From positions 1 to 45,191 of IMG/VR virus record IMGVR_UViG_3300031520_000007: a stretch of 45,191 nucleotides of DNA; one strand, 5' to 3'. The notes below the pieces were generated by a model that made no database searches, was not told where the DNA came from, and saw only the letters and a list, made by a program, of their open reading frames with translations. Made by a program: the position numbers and the translations under genes. Positions 1 through 8,856 of this stretch are shown one piece after another. The stretch comes from a virus (taxonomy: Duplodnaviria > Caudoviricetes). Each line of letters opens with the position of its first letter. Position 1 is the stretch's first letter.

Positions 1-253
1 TACCGAGCGCGCCGACTGCCATCGTCACCAGGCCCTCGACCGTGTGGCGTCCGCCCATCATGCGGAGGAAGCCCCAGACGATGCCGATGGCAGCCAAAAC
101 CTTAAAAGTCGCAACGACAGCGTCTTTTACGGGCGTGACGCCTAGCGGGTCGGCGCCCTGGGCGTAAGCCATTCCAGCGACGGCGACAGTGAGCGCCAGC
201 GCGGTCAGCATGACCTGGACGGTGCGGCTGGTGTTAGCGGGGAGCGTCAGCAT
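1..253 (-). CDS. virB2: VirB2/TrbC-like T4SS pilin, partial (runs off the left edge)
   Basis: Manual translation from ATG at 253 (GGAGA RBS upstream): MLTLPANTSRTVQVMLTALALTVAVAGMAYAQGADPLGVTPVKDAVVATFKVLAAIGIVWGFLRMMGGRHTVEGLVTMAVGALG. Signal peptide ending AYA-Q, then two hydrophobic helices. Overlaps the end of the virB1-like gene. Confidence 0.7.
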   Translation of the reverse strand, partial: MLTLPANTSRTVQVMLTALALTVAVAGMAYAQGADPLGVTPVKDAVVATFKVLAAIGIVWGFLRMMGGRHTVEGLVTMAVGALG

Positions 254-1013
254 TGGGTTCTCCAAGGGTTAAAGTCAGGACGGGGGTAGGACCGGACGGC
301 GGACCGTCAGCCGATGCCGGCACAGGAGGAACGGCCTGCCGCGCAGTGCATTGGACGAGTGCCCAGGCGTCCCAGGCCGGCGCGCAGAGCGGCGGTGCGG
401 GAGGCTCCTGGGGCATGGGGAATGGGGCGGGCAGCCCGGCTTGCTGCGTCCGCACGCGGTTCAGCACCTGCTCGACGCCGGTCGCATAGGCAGCACCGCG
501 CTCAATGCCCCCGGTGTTGTAGCGGCGCAGCCCGAGCGCCCAGACCGCTTGCACGTCGGCAGCGTAGTGGTCAGCGCCGGCCCGCATGTTCCGACAGGCG
601 TCAAAAGCGGCCTCGACGGTCAGGCCATGGCGGGCGAGCTGGGTGGAGTTGATCTGCATTAAGCCGAGGTCGATGGATCGACCTTGTGCGAGCAGTGCGT
701 TGGCCCGTGCGGCGGCTTCCTGTGGCGTTGCGGAGTGGATCGCGGCAGCCGGCAGGCCGCGGGCGCGGTCAGCATTGACGCCGATGACGAGAGCATCACC
801 GCCGCTCTCGTGGATCGCGATGGCTGCAAGCCGCCTGGCGAACTCGCTGCCCGGCTCGGCCCGGCCGCAACGCTGGTCCTGGGCCACCCTCTGCGCGTCG
901 TCAAACGTGAGAGAGGCGGCGTGCCCTGCAACCGGAACGACAGCCAGCGCGCAAAGCGCAATGAAGACGACTTCACTCCGGCAGCCTGCAATGCGTTGCA
1001 TTTTTAGCCCCAA
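234..1013 (-). CDS. virB1: VirB1-like lytic transglycosylase (SLT domain) with Pro-rich C-terminus
   Basis: Motifs AIAIHESGG, SIDLGLMQINS, AFDACRNMRAGA and RRYNTG are typical of VirB1. N-terminal signal sequence. Lies upstream of the pilin-like gene. Confidence 0.85.
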   Translation of the reverse strand: MGLKMQRIAGCRSEVVFIALCALAVVPVAGHAASLTFDDAQRVAQDQRCGRAEPGSEFARRLAAIAIHESGGDALVIGVNADRARGLPAAAIHSATPQEAAARANALLAQGRSIDLGLMQINSTQLARHGLTVEAAFDACRNMRAGADHYAADVQAVWALGLRRYNTGGIERGAAYATGVEQVLNRVRTQQAGLPAPFPMPQEPPAPPLCAPAWDAWALVQCTARQAVPPVPASADGPPSGPTPVLTLTLGEPNADAPR

Positions 1014-1031
1014 CCTACGATGGCTAGAAAC

Positions 1032-1057
1032 CTATAACCTGTAGGCTATAGAATGCA
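1032..1057 (-). promoter_or_regulatory. Putative virB promoter overlapped by a palindromic operator
   Basis: Near-perfect palindrome CTATAACCT-GT-AGGCTATAG (1032-1051) in an AT-rich patch. A minus-strand TTGCAT -35-like hexamer is adjacent. Confidence 0.5.
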
Positions 1058-1104
1058 AGCGCAGATTGACGGCTCGTATCCCTCTTCGCGCCGTCGGGGA
1101 GCCG

Positions 1105-1377
1105 CTAGGGGATTGTATCGTCCGGGGCGATCAGCTCCGCCACCTTCACGCCAAGGTACGCGGCCAATGCCTTGAGCGTGCGCAGCTTAGGGTTGGCCTT
1201 CTCCGTTTCGAGTTCGCTGATAAGGTTTTGGGACAGGCCGGCCCTATATGCCAGCTGCACCTGACTTTCACCGCGCGCCTCGCGAAGACGGCGCAGGTTC
1301 CTGGCCAGGTTGCGGCATTCCGATGGATCAGGGTTTTCATCCTTTGACGAGGGCTGTCCGTGGTCTGATCCGCTCAT
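1105..1377 (-). CDS. XRE-family HTH transcriptional regulator
   Basis: LARNLRRLREARGESQVQLAYRAGLSQNLISELETEKANPKLRTLKALAAYLGV is a canonical HTH_3 pattern. Start probably ATG at 1377. Confidence 0.9.
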   Translation of the reverse strand: MSGSDHGQPSSKDENPDPSECRNLARNLRRLREARGESQVQLAYRAGLSQNLISELETEKANPKLRTLKALAAYLGVKVAELIAPDDTIP

Positions 1378-1441
1378 TCCCGCATCATGCCAGGATTGTG
1401 CGTTGCGCGGCAACCTTACGGCGCTGAAGCGCGCTCCGCAC

Positions 1442-1469
1442 AATCGGTGTTGACAAGGCCATTCCCGCT
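1442..1469 (+). promoter_or_regulatory. TTGACA-centred promoter/operator, copy 1
   Basis: AATCGGTGTTGACAAGGCCATTCCCGCT, similar to 2931-2958. Confidence 0.45.
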
Positions 1470-1515
1470 GAAAGAACCTCTTGTGTGTCTGACGGTCATT
1501 CACCATACTGCCCCT

Positions 1516-2202
1516 ATGGCAATCGTATCAGAGTCGGTCAGGGTGTTTGCGAATGGGTTCTATATTCCCTCTTCGCGGGGCTTTGTCGTCGCCCGCACGA
1601 TACGTGAGAAGGACCCCACGCTGCTGCCGCGCGACCCCGTGGGGCGCAACCTAGGTACCCATCTGTTGCCGCCTCACATTGTCAATCTGATGCTCGGTCT
1701 GGCGATAGGCGATCCCATCGCTAAGGTGGCCAAGCAGGTGAAAGCTTGTCGTCTGGCTGCTTATCATACTCCATTGAATGTGGTTCTGGACGATGCAGCA
1801 AACTCTCAGCCGATCCTTGGTAGACAAAACCTGGGCCTTGATCTTGACGACATCGTAGATTGTCTGGCTCGTCCGTCCGTAGAGGCGGATGAGCTGCGTG
1901 GCAGGTTGAGTGGATCGCTCCTGATCACTCTGTTTGTTGGCGACCCCGTGCCTATGAGGGTCGAAAATATCGAAACACGCCAGCTTGACCTCTACTATCC
2001 CACAAGGTCCGTTGGACAAGTCGAGCTAAACGGCGAAGAAACCTTCCAGTTTCAGGGAAGGAAATATCCAGTCACTCCCTTGCATCGGGAAGTTCATCTT
2101 CGGCTTCACCACTTCGAATTGGCAGCAGCGCTCTGGGCAGATAGCCTGAAGCGTGGTGCCGTCTATACCCCGTCACTTCTGGACCCTATGCATAGACTAT
2201 GA
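1516..2202 (+). CDS. Hypothetical protein, possible N-terminal HTH; paralog of 2220-2942
   Basis: Start MAIVSESV at 1516, preceded by TTGTGT-N17-CATACT (possibly a leaderless mRNA). Shares ARTIRE/HIVNL/DP/ALWAD motifs with the next ORF. Confidence 0.7.
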   Translation: MAIVSESVRVFANGFYIPSSRGFVVARTIREKDPTLLPRDPVGRNLGTHLLPPHIVNLMLGLAIGDPIAKVAKQVKACRLAAYHTPLNVVLDDAANSQPILGRQNLGLDLDDIVDCLARPSVEADELRGRLSGSLLITLFVGDPVPMRVENIETRQLDLYYPTRSVGQVELNGEETFQFQGRKYPVTPLHREVHLRLHHFELAAALWADSLKRGAVYTPSLLDPMHRL

Positions 2203-2219
2203 CGATGAAGATGAAGTAG

Positions 2220-2942
2220 ATGGCAACGGGCGCGGAAGCAATCCAGGTGGTGGCGAAGGTGACAGGCAAGCGGCCTGGACCCGTTGGCCGTGCTGCGCGT
2301 TCCTTGCGGGAAGCCAGGTGTGACCTGTGGCCTCAGGCTGCACCAGGTGGCGGAAAGAACTCCAGCCATGTCAGACCGAAGCATCTGGTTAATCTGGGCG
2401 TCGCCCTGGCCGTCGCGGACCCACTGACGGAATCTGCTCAGCAGATAGGCGCGTTCACAAGCCTCGTGGCCGGACCAGCCCACTTCTCAACGGATGGGCC
2501 GGTAGCCGAGGTGATCACCAAGTGGAAACGCATCGTAGGCGCCGGGGAGCGGCACATGATACTCGGTGACACACTTGGAGAGGCATTGGCTGGTTTGGTA
2601 GATTGGCTAAGCCGTCCCGAAGGCGCCGAACTCGGCTCTGTATGCAAGGGAATAAACGTTGAGTTGAAGCAGCAGGACGGCTGCGATCCATCTGCCGTTC
2701 TGTCGTACTTCGGAGACGAACCAAAGAACGGGGACAACTGGGACAACTTTAGTACGTACGCCCCGCACAACCGCATGTCTGCCGATCAGGTTCACGCAGC
2801 CGAGTTGCGCGCACCTGGCGCCATAGAGCGGACTACGCTGCTGCCGCTTGGCCTGTTCAAGACATTGGCTGACCTCTGGACCGACACTAAGGCCGCAGAG
2901 GGTCGTGCCACCGCCATGCGGCATTCTCAAAATCGGCGTTGA
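2220..2942 (+). CDS. Hypothetical protein, possible N-terminal HTH; paralog of 1516-2202
   Basis: 240-aa ORF with ARSLRE...HLVNL...ADP...LADLWTD. Confidence 0.75.
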   Translation: MATGAEAIQVVAKVTGKRPGPVGRAARSLREARCDLWPQAAPGGGKNSSHVRPKHLVNLGVALAVADPLTESAQQIGAFTSLVAGPAHFSTDGPVAEVITKWKRIVGAGERHMILGDTLGEALAGLVDWLSRPEGAELGSVCKGINVELKQQDGCDPSAVLSYFGDEPKNGDNWDNFSTYAPHNRMSADQVHAAELRAPGAIERTTLLPLGLFKTLADLWTDTKAAEGRATAMRHSQNRR

Positions 2943-2958
2943 CAATGCCGATTCCGCT
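2931..2958 (+). promoter_or_regulatory. Palindromic operator over TTGACA; candidate late promoter (copy 2)
   Basis: AATCGGCGTTG-A-CAATGCCGATT (2931-2953), with 10 of 11 arm positions complementary. TTGACA at 2939-2944, upstream of the packaging operon. Confidence 0.5.
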
Positions 2959-3073
2959 AAGGCACCACTCACGCATCCTGCCCTACTAGGGCGATACCTC
3001 ATCATCGTAACCGCGTAACGAACCCGCCCCTGCCCATGCTGCAGCGGGTTTCCTTTGCTGCCAGGATGCGGAC

Positions 3074-3403
3074 ATGCCCACCCGTCCGCATGTCCATCGC
3101 CCCACGCACATACTGTCACCCGTGCAAGCGCGCAAGCAATACGATGCCTGGCGCGGATCGCCGGCTGAGCGTGGTTACGGGCGTGATTGGCAGAAGGTTC
3201 GCGCCGCCGTGCTGGCTGACGAGCCGCTGTGCCGCGCCTGCATGAAGCGGGGGCGTGTGACTGAGGCGAACGAGGTGCATCACGAGCTGCCGATCTGTGA
3301 TCGGCCTGATCTGAGGCTGGTGCGTTCGAATCTTTGGCCACTTTGCAAGTCGTGCCATTCGTCCATAACGGCACGCGAACAGACACCTCGAACGATGCGA
3401 TAA
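3074..3403 (+). CDS. Terminase-associated HNH endonuclease (HK97 gp74-like)
   Basis: RGSPAERGYGRDWQKVRAAVLADEPLCRAC...EVHH...SNLWPLCKSCHSSIT. Located upstream of terS. Confidence 0.9.
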   Translation: MPTRPHVHRPTHILSPVQARKQYDAWRGSPAERGYGRDWQKVRAAVLADEPLCRACMKRGRVTEANEVHHELPICDRPDLRLVRSNLWPLCKSCHSSITAREQTPRTMR

Positions 3404-3416
3404 GCCAGGCAAACAC

Positions 3417-3509
3417 TTGTAAACGCGCTTAATTCAGCTATAATGGAGCGGTCCGGCAAGGTGCTGTCACACCTTGCCGGACCTAACCACTCGCTGGAGA
3501 TGCAGCGCA
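3417..3509 (+). promoter_or_regulatory. Promoter + 14-bp hairpin + TAACCAC leader of the HNH gene
   Basis: TTGTAA-N16-TATAAT (-10 at 3439-3444). Perfect inverted repeat GGTCCGGCAAGGTG (3450-3463) / CACCTTGCCGGACC (3470-3483), then TAACCAC and a GGAG RBS. Confidence 0.65.
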
Positions 3510-4457
3510 ATGGCTGATATGGATGTTACGCGAGACGCTACCCTTGCGCCACCACGCAGATACAACAAGCGTCTTACTCGTGTGTTCCATTGCGAAGGAT
3601 GCGAGACGCAGATCGCGACAAAGAGGGACGATCAGCGGTTCTGCTCGGCGGATTGCCACAACCTTTATCAGCAGCGAGTGTTGCCAGCCTGCGAAGAATG
3701 TGGGCAGAAGTTCAAGGCTTGTCCACGCAGTTCATTGATGATCGCCGAAGGCCGCTGGCAGCGGTTCTGTTCTCGCAAGTGTCAGGGGCAGGCACGAAGC
3801 CGCAATGCCACATCAAGGCATGGCCGGCAGCAACTTGTGTCAGCCTTGATGAGCCCGCAGCAGCGTCTTGTGACGCTCCTAAGAAGCCGACGTTCGTGTT
3901 TGACCTGTGAGAACGCTTTTCTTCCGAGCCGAACAGATCAGCTCTACTGCAAAGAACGCACGTGCCAGTTGGCTCGCATACGTGAGCGATCAAACGCCGA
4001 CAGTCTGGCAAGACAGTTATCGCGACCTGAGCGAGTCTGTGCGCGCTGTCTGAAACCATTTGCACCCATCGCGCAACGCAGGAGTTACTGTTCCAAGCAT
4101 TGTGGTCGTCGAGCGAATAAGGAAAACACGCGGAGCCACCAAGATCGCGCCCGGCGTTTTGGTGTGGCAAGAGAGGCAATCAATCGGCTTGCCGTATTCA
4201 GACGTGATGGTTGGCGCTGCCAAATCTGCGGCATCAAAACACCACAGCGCCTGTTAGGCGGCAAGACTGACTGCGCGCCTGAACTAGATCATCAAGTGCC
4301 TCTCTCCGGTGGTGGTGGGCACATATACGAAAACGTTCAATGCGCCTGCCGTCAGTGCAATTCAGCAAAGGGTGCGGGTCGCCCAGTAGGACAGTTGGAT
4401 CTGTTCCCCGTTCCTCCTGGCGTCCAGAGGTCTTATATCCTGCGATGCACCCCCTAG
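3510..4457 (+). CDS. Free-standing HNH endonuclease with tandem CxxC...FCS..C zinc-ribbon repeats
   Basis: Four CxxC-x-(F/Y)C repeats. C-terminal RDGWRCQICG...ELDHQVPLSGGGGH..ENVQCACRQCNSAKG. Confidence 0.9.
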   Translation: MADMDVTRDATLAPPRRYNKRLTRVFHCEGCETQIATKRDDQRFCSADCHNLYQQRVLPACEECGQKFKACPRSSLMIAEGRWQRFCSRKCQGQARSRNATSRHGRQQLVSALMSPQQRLVTLLRSRRSCLTCENAFLPSRTDQLYCKERTCQLARIRERSNADSLARQLSRPERVCARCLKPFAPIAQRRSYCSKHCGRRANKENTRSHQDRARRFGVAREAINRLAVFRRDGWRCQICGIKTPQRLLGGKTDCAPELDHQVPLSGGGGHIYENVQCACRQCNSAKGAGRPVGQLDLFPVPPGVQRSYILRCTP

Positions 4458-4530
4458 GCGTCCAACTATCACGGGGCCGTGAGCTGCTGCGCACCGCGAC
4501 CCCGCCAAATTTCTGTGCTCACGGCCAAAA
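4445..4530. other. Candidate cos/packaging-initiation region
   Basis: Non-coding gap just before terS, the usual cos position in HNH-terS phages. Contains a 10-bp inverted repeat GGCCGTGAGC (4475-4484) / GCTCACGGCC (4517-4526). Confidence 0.35.
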
Positions 4531-4558
4531 GTTCCAACAAGTTAAATTTGAGGCCAGG

Positions 4559-4966
4559 ATGCAGCGAGGGAACAAACCAGCCCTTCCGTCCACCAAGCTG
4601 GCCCGCGGCACCTTCCAGCCGCATCGCGACGGCCACAACGTCGAACTGATTGAGCCGGATGCGCTGCCGCAGCAGCCGGACTGGTTGACGGACGCGGGCC
4701 GGCAAGTTTGGCTGGATGATATCGGGCGTGTCTCGTCAGTGCGGCTGGCAAACGAGCGCGATAGTACGATGTTCGCGACCTACTGCAACCTGCAAGGCGC
4801 CATCGTGCAGGCATGGCGAGCAGGCGAGGTTCCACCCGCTGCGCATCTGATGGAAGCGCGTAAGATGGCCGAGCAATTCGGTCTGTTCGGCGCCAAGAGC
4901 CGGCTGACAAAGGCTTCCGATGGCCCGAAATCAAACGGCAACCCGTTCACCAAGACCCGAGCCTGA
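4559..4966 (+). CDS. terS: Terminase small subunit (P27-like)
   Basis: MQRGNKPALPSTKLARGT...PQQPDWLTDAGRQVW...FGLFGAKSR...NPF. Overlaps terL. Confidence 0.85.
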   Translation: MQRGNKPALPSTKLARGTFQPHRDGHNVELIEPDALPQQPDWLTDAGRQVWLDDIGRVSSVRLANERDSTMFATYCNLQGAIVQAWRAGEVPPAAHLMEARKMAEQFGLFGAKSRLTKASDGPKSNGNPFTKTRA

Positions 4967-6707
4967 ACCGCTCACTCACGCCCGTGATTATGCGGGCATC
5001 GCCAACACCTACGCCGAGGATGTGGGCGCCGGACACGTTGTTGCTTGCAAGTGGGTGAAACTTGCTTGCCAGCGGCACCTTGAGGACCGGAAACGGTGGC
5101 CTGGTGGATCGCAGAAGGCTGCGAAGGGTCCCTACTATTTTGATCTATGGCACGCTGCCGACCCTTGCGACTTCGCGGAACTGCTACCGCACATTGAGGG
5201 CCGGTGGGCGACGCCGACCATCACGCTGGAACCCTGGCAAATCTTCTGCCTGGCTGTGATCTTCGGCTGGCGACGCAAGGCTGACGGTGGGCGGCGGTTC
5301 AGCAAGACCTACCTGGAGGTCGCCCGCAAGAACGCCAAGAGCACCATCGCGGCGGTCGTCACGCTCTACTGCTTTACGAAAGAGGATGAGCCGGCCCCCT
5401 ACGTCATGATCGGGGCCACAACCGGCGCGCAGGCGCAGAAGGTGTTCCACCCTGCTAAGATGATGGCGCAGAAGACACCGGCTCTGTGCGAAGCCTTCGG
5501 CCTCAAACTCTGGTCCAAGAGCATTACGGAAACCGGCGGTGGCTACGTCCAGACAATCAACAGCAAGGGCAGCACCCAGGACGGTCACAACCCGCACCTC
5601 GGCGTACTAGACGAGCTGCACGCCCACAAGGATCGTGCCTTGTATGACGTGTTGGATTCCGCGTTCGGTGCCCGGAAAAACCCCCTGCTGTGGATCATCA
5701 CGACGGCCGGGTTTGATACGACTGGGGTGTGCTACGAGCAGCGCCTATTCGTGACCAAGGTTCTGGAACGGGTGGTAGAGGCCGAGCACTACTTCGGCAT
5801 TATCTACACACTGGATGACAACGAGGCGGACGATGCGCGCCGCGGCGACCTAAATCCAGCGAGCTGGATCAAAGCTAATCCCAACCTCGGCGTTTCCGTC
5901 CAGTTGGCAAACATGGAAGCCGCAGCCACTGAGGCGCGTGCGCAGCCCGGCAAGCTCACCGAATTCTTGACAAAACGTCTAAATGTCTGGACGTCTGCAA
6001 GGGCCGGACATATCGGCATTGCCAAGTGGAAGGCGTGCGACGGCCCGGTTGATCTGGACGCATTGCGCGACCTACCGTGTTGGGGTGGATACGATCTCGG
6101 GTCCACGTCGGACCTTACCTCGTTCCGCTTGATCTGGTGGGTGGACGGCCGTCTCAAAACCTGGGGCTTGCGTTATCTGCCCGAAGCGGCGGTTGAGCCA
6201 CGCACCACGCGGAACGCCGTGCCCTACGCCCGCTGGCGGCATCAAGCCTTCATGGGGCGTCCGCTGCTGACCGTGACGCCGGGCGACGTGACTGACTACG
6301 CTTACATTGAGAAGGACATCCGCTGGGCGCTGGCCACGTTCCGCATCCAGGCCCTCGGCTTCGATAGCTGGAACAGCCAGGACCTCAACAGCCGGCTGAT
6401 GGCGGACGGGGCGCCTTTGGTTGAGGTGCGGCAGGGGCACGCATCGCTTGCCGGGCCAATGAAGGAACTGGATCGCGCTTACCTAAGCGGCCAGTTTGAT
6501 CACGGCGGCGACGAGGTGCTGACCTGGTGCGCGAGTAACGTGGTGGCCCGACCTGACCACAACGACAACCTTGTGCCGTCCAAGCGGCTCAGCAGCGAGA
6601 AGATCGACGACTTCGCCGCGCTGCTGAATGCGATGGCCGTCTCGCACACTGCGGAAGCGGCAACGGTTTCAGTTTACGAGACAAGAGGCTTGACGGTCCT
6701 CAACTAA
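4920..6707 (+). CDS. terL: Terminase large subunit
   Basis: LEPWQ, Walker A EVARKNAKST, Walker B GVLDELHAH, IITTAG, KANPNLG, GYDLGSTSDLT, KIDDFAAL. Confidence 0.97.
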   Translation: MARNQTATRSPRPEPEPLTHARDYAGIANTYAEDVGAGHVVACKWVKLACQRHLEDRKRWPGGSQKAAKGPYYFDLWHAADPCDFAELLPHIEGRWATPTITLEPWQIFCLAVIFGWRRKADGGRRFSKTYLEVARKNAKSTIAAVVTLYCFTKEDEPAPYVMIGATTGAQAQKVFHPAKMMAQKTPALCEAFGLKLWSKSITETGGGYVQTINSKGSTQDGHNPHLGVLDELHAHKDRALYDVLDSAFGARKNPLLWIITTAGFDTTGVCYEQRLFVTKVLERVVEAEHYFGIIYTLDDNEADDARRGDLNPASWIKANPNLGVSVQLANMEAAATEARAQPGKLTEFLTKRLNVWTSARAGHIGIAKWKACDGPVDLDALRDLPCWGGYDLGSTSDLTSFRLIWWVDGRLKTWGLRYLPEAAVEPRTTRNAVPYARWRHQAFMGRPLLTVTPGDVTDYAYIEKDIRWALATFRIQALGFDSWNSQDLNSRLMADGAPLVEVRQGHASLAGPMKELDRAYLSGQFDHGGDEVLTWCASNVVARPDHNDNLVPSKRLSSEKIDDFAALLNAMAVSHTAEAATVSVYETRGLTVLN

Positions 6708-6722
6708 GCAGGGGTTACGCCG

Positions 6723-8075
6723 TTGTCCCTCCTGTCCCGCATCCTCGGCACTGAGCGCCCCATGCCCGTCATGCCGCGCGCCGAGCCGGTCATCACCACC
6801 AAGGCCGGCATGTTCACCGCAACTGACCCCGGCGCGGCAGGCTGGTCTGGCATCGGCGGCATCGGGCTGGGCGGGCTGGGTCTGTTGTCCAATACCGGGC
6901 AGCCGGTGAACCACCTGACCGCGCTGCAGGCGACGGCCGTCTATGCGTGCGTCAAGTGTTTGTCTGAGGACGTTGCCAAGCTGCCGCTGGTCATTCGGCG
7001 GCGGTTGCGGGGCGGCGGGTATAAGACGGATACTGATCACCCGTTGAACCGGCTGTTTCGCACCCCGAATGCTTGGCAGACATCGTTCTCGTTCTGGGCC
7101 TTTGTGGTTTCGGCGCTCGCATTGCGCGGCAATTCGTACATCGTGATCTTGCGAGACTTGGGGGGGGTGCCGCGAAGGCTCATCCCGATCAATCCCGACC
7201 AGGTGAGTGTGTTCGTCTCGCCGGCAGGATCGTTGTTCTACCACGTCTCGCACCCCCTGGTGGGCGACGGTGTGACGGTGCATTCCGACGACATGGTGCA
7301 TCTGCGAAATCCGCACGCGATGATGGGCAACGGCGTCATGGGCATGTCGCCTATCATGGCCGGGCAGGAGGCAATCGGGCTTTCGCTGGCCACGCAGCAG
7401 CATGGTGGGACGCTGTTCCGGCAGGGTGCGCAGCTTTCGGGCGTTCTGCACACTGCGGGCACCCTGTCCCCGGAAGCGGTGCAGCGGGTCGCGCAGTCAT
7501 GGCGTGATACGTATTCGGGCACCCAGAACGTCGGACGGGTTGCGGTGCTGGAGCAGGGGCTAGAGTTCACGCCGGTGGCAATGGACAACGAGGCGGCCCA
7601 ATACCTGGGCCTACGCGGATTCCAGGTGCCGGAAATCTGTCGCATCTGGCGAATACCGCCGCACAAGATATTTGACCTGTCCCGCAGCACGTTCAGTAAC
7701 ATTGAGAACATGGGCCAGGACTACATCAACGATGCCCTTATGCCGATATGCGTTCAAATAGAACAGCAGTGTGAGGCTGATCTTCTATTTGAGAGAGAGC
7801 GCGACGACTACACGATTTCCTTTGACTTCGACGCCCTTCTCCGGGGCGATACGCTCACGCGCTACAATGCTTATGCAATTGCACTGACGCACGGGTGGAT
7901 GAACCGCAACAGCGTCCGCATTGCTGAGAACCAGACGCCGGACATTCCAGGCGGGGACACATACCTGACGCAGCTCAACATGGGATCGTCGGGAACAAAG
8001 CCTGGCGACACGCGCGGGGCACCGAACACGAACCCGGCCGCGGCAGAGCCTGAGCCATCGGAATCCGCGACTTAG
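6723..8075 (+). CDS. HK97-family portal protein
   Basis: AVYACVKCLSEDVAKLPL, LRGNSY, GMSPI, VLEQGLEF, EICRIWRIPPH, TFSNIE. Confidence 0.96.
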   Translation: MSLLSRILGTERPMPVMPRAEPVITTKAGMFTATDPGAAGWSGIGGIGLGGLGLLSNTGQPVNHLTALQATAVYACVKCLSEDVAKLPLVIRRRLRGGGYKTDTDHPLNRLFRTPNAWQTSFSFWAFVVSALALRGNSYIVILRDLGGVPRRLIPINPDQVSVFVSPAGSLFYHVSHPLVGDGVTVHSDDMVHLRNPHAMMGNGVMGMSPIMAGQEAIGLSLATQQHGGTLFRQGAQLSGVLHTAGTLSPEAVQRVAQSWRDTYSGTQNVGRVAVLEQGLEFTPVAMDNEAAQYLGLRGFQVPEICRIWRIPPHKIFDLSRSTFSNIENMGQDYINDALMPICVQIEQQCEADLLFERERDDYTISFDFDALLRGDTLTRYNAYAIALTHGWMNRNSVRIAENQTPDIPGGDTYLTQLNMGSSGTKPGDTRGAPNTNPAAAEPEPSESAT

Positions 8076-8091
8076 ACACGGGGCCTCGCCC

Positions 8092-8856
8092 ATGCCGATC
8101 ATCTCCACCCGCACCTTCAAGTCCCTAGCTCGTAAGGGCGAAAAGCCCCCAGCCGGCACCACGCTGCGCAAGCAACTGGTCGGCTCTGTGGAAGCACTGG
8201 GCGAACGCGCGCTGCGCTTCACGATCAGCACGGCAACGCCCGACCGTGAGGATGACATCATAGATCAGGCGGGCTGGGACCTAGCCGGGTTTTTGAAGAA
8301 CCCTGTCGTCCTGTTTTCGCATGATCAGCTTGCCTATCCGATTGGCCGCGCAACCGATGTGCAGGTTGAGATGGGCGCACTCAAGGCGACAGTTGAGTTC
8401 GTGCCGGCTGACGTTCCCGAGGCGGGGCCGCGTGCCGAAGCTGTGTATCAGCTTTGCCGGCAGGGCTTCTTGTTTGCCACCTCAGTCGGCTTCCGCCCGC
8501 TGGACTGGGAAATACCGCAAGGCGAGGGCGCCCGAGGCGACGACTGGTGGCCAGGCATAAACTACAGCCGTCAAGAGCTTTTGGAATTTTCGGTAGTGAA
8601 CATTCCTTGCAATGCCGAAGCGCTCATTGACCCGCAAACGGTCATCATCTCGCCGGGTAACGACATGCCGCCTATCGGCAACCCGCCCCCAGTGGTGCTG
8701 GACGCTGCCACCATCGCGGCCGTGAAAGCCGCTGAAGCCGCCGCCGAGCGCGCCGAGGCAGCCTGCACGAAGGCGCAGGAAGCCGAGCGGCAAGCGCAAG
8801 CCGCAGCCAAGAGCGCCGACTTGCGCCGCCGCATTCGGGACGCCCTGGCGGCCTGA
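8092..8856 (+). CDS. HK97-family prohead protease
   Basis: DREDDII, KNPVVLFSHD, SVGFRP, ELLEFSVVNIPCN. Confidence 0.93.
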   Translation: MPIISTRTFKSLARKGEKPPAGTTLRKQLVGSVEALGERALRFTISTATPDREDDIIDQAGWDLAGFLKNPVVLFSHDQLAYPIGRATDVQVEMGALKATVEFVPADVPEAGPRAEAVYQLCRQGFLFATSVGFRPLDWEIPQGEGARGDDWWPGINYSRQELLEFSVVNIPCNAEALIDPQTVIISPGNDMPPIGNPPPVVLDAATIAAVKAAEAAAERAEAACTKAQEAERQAQAAAKSADLRRRIRDALAA

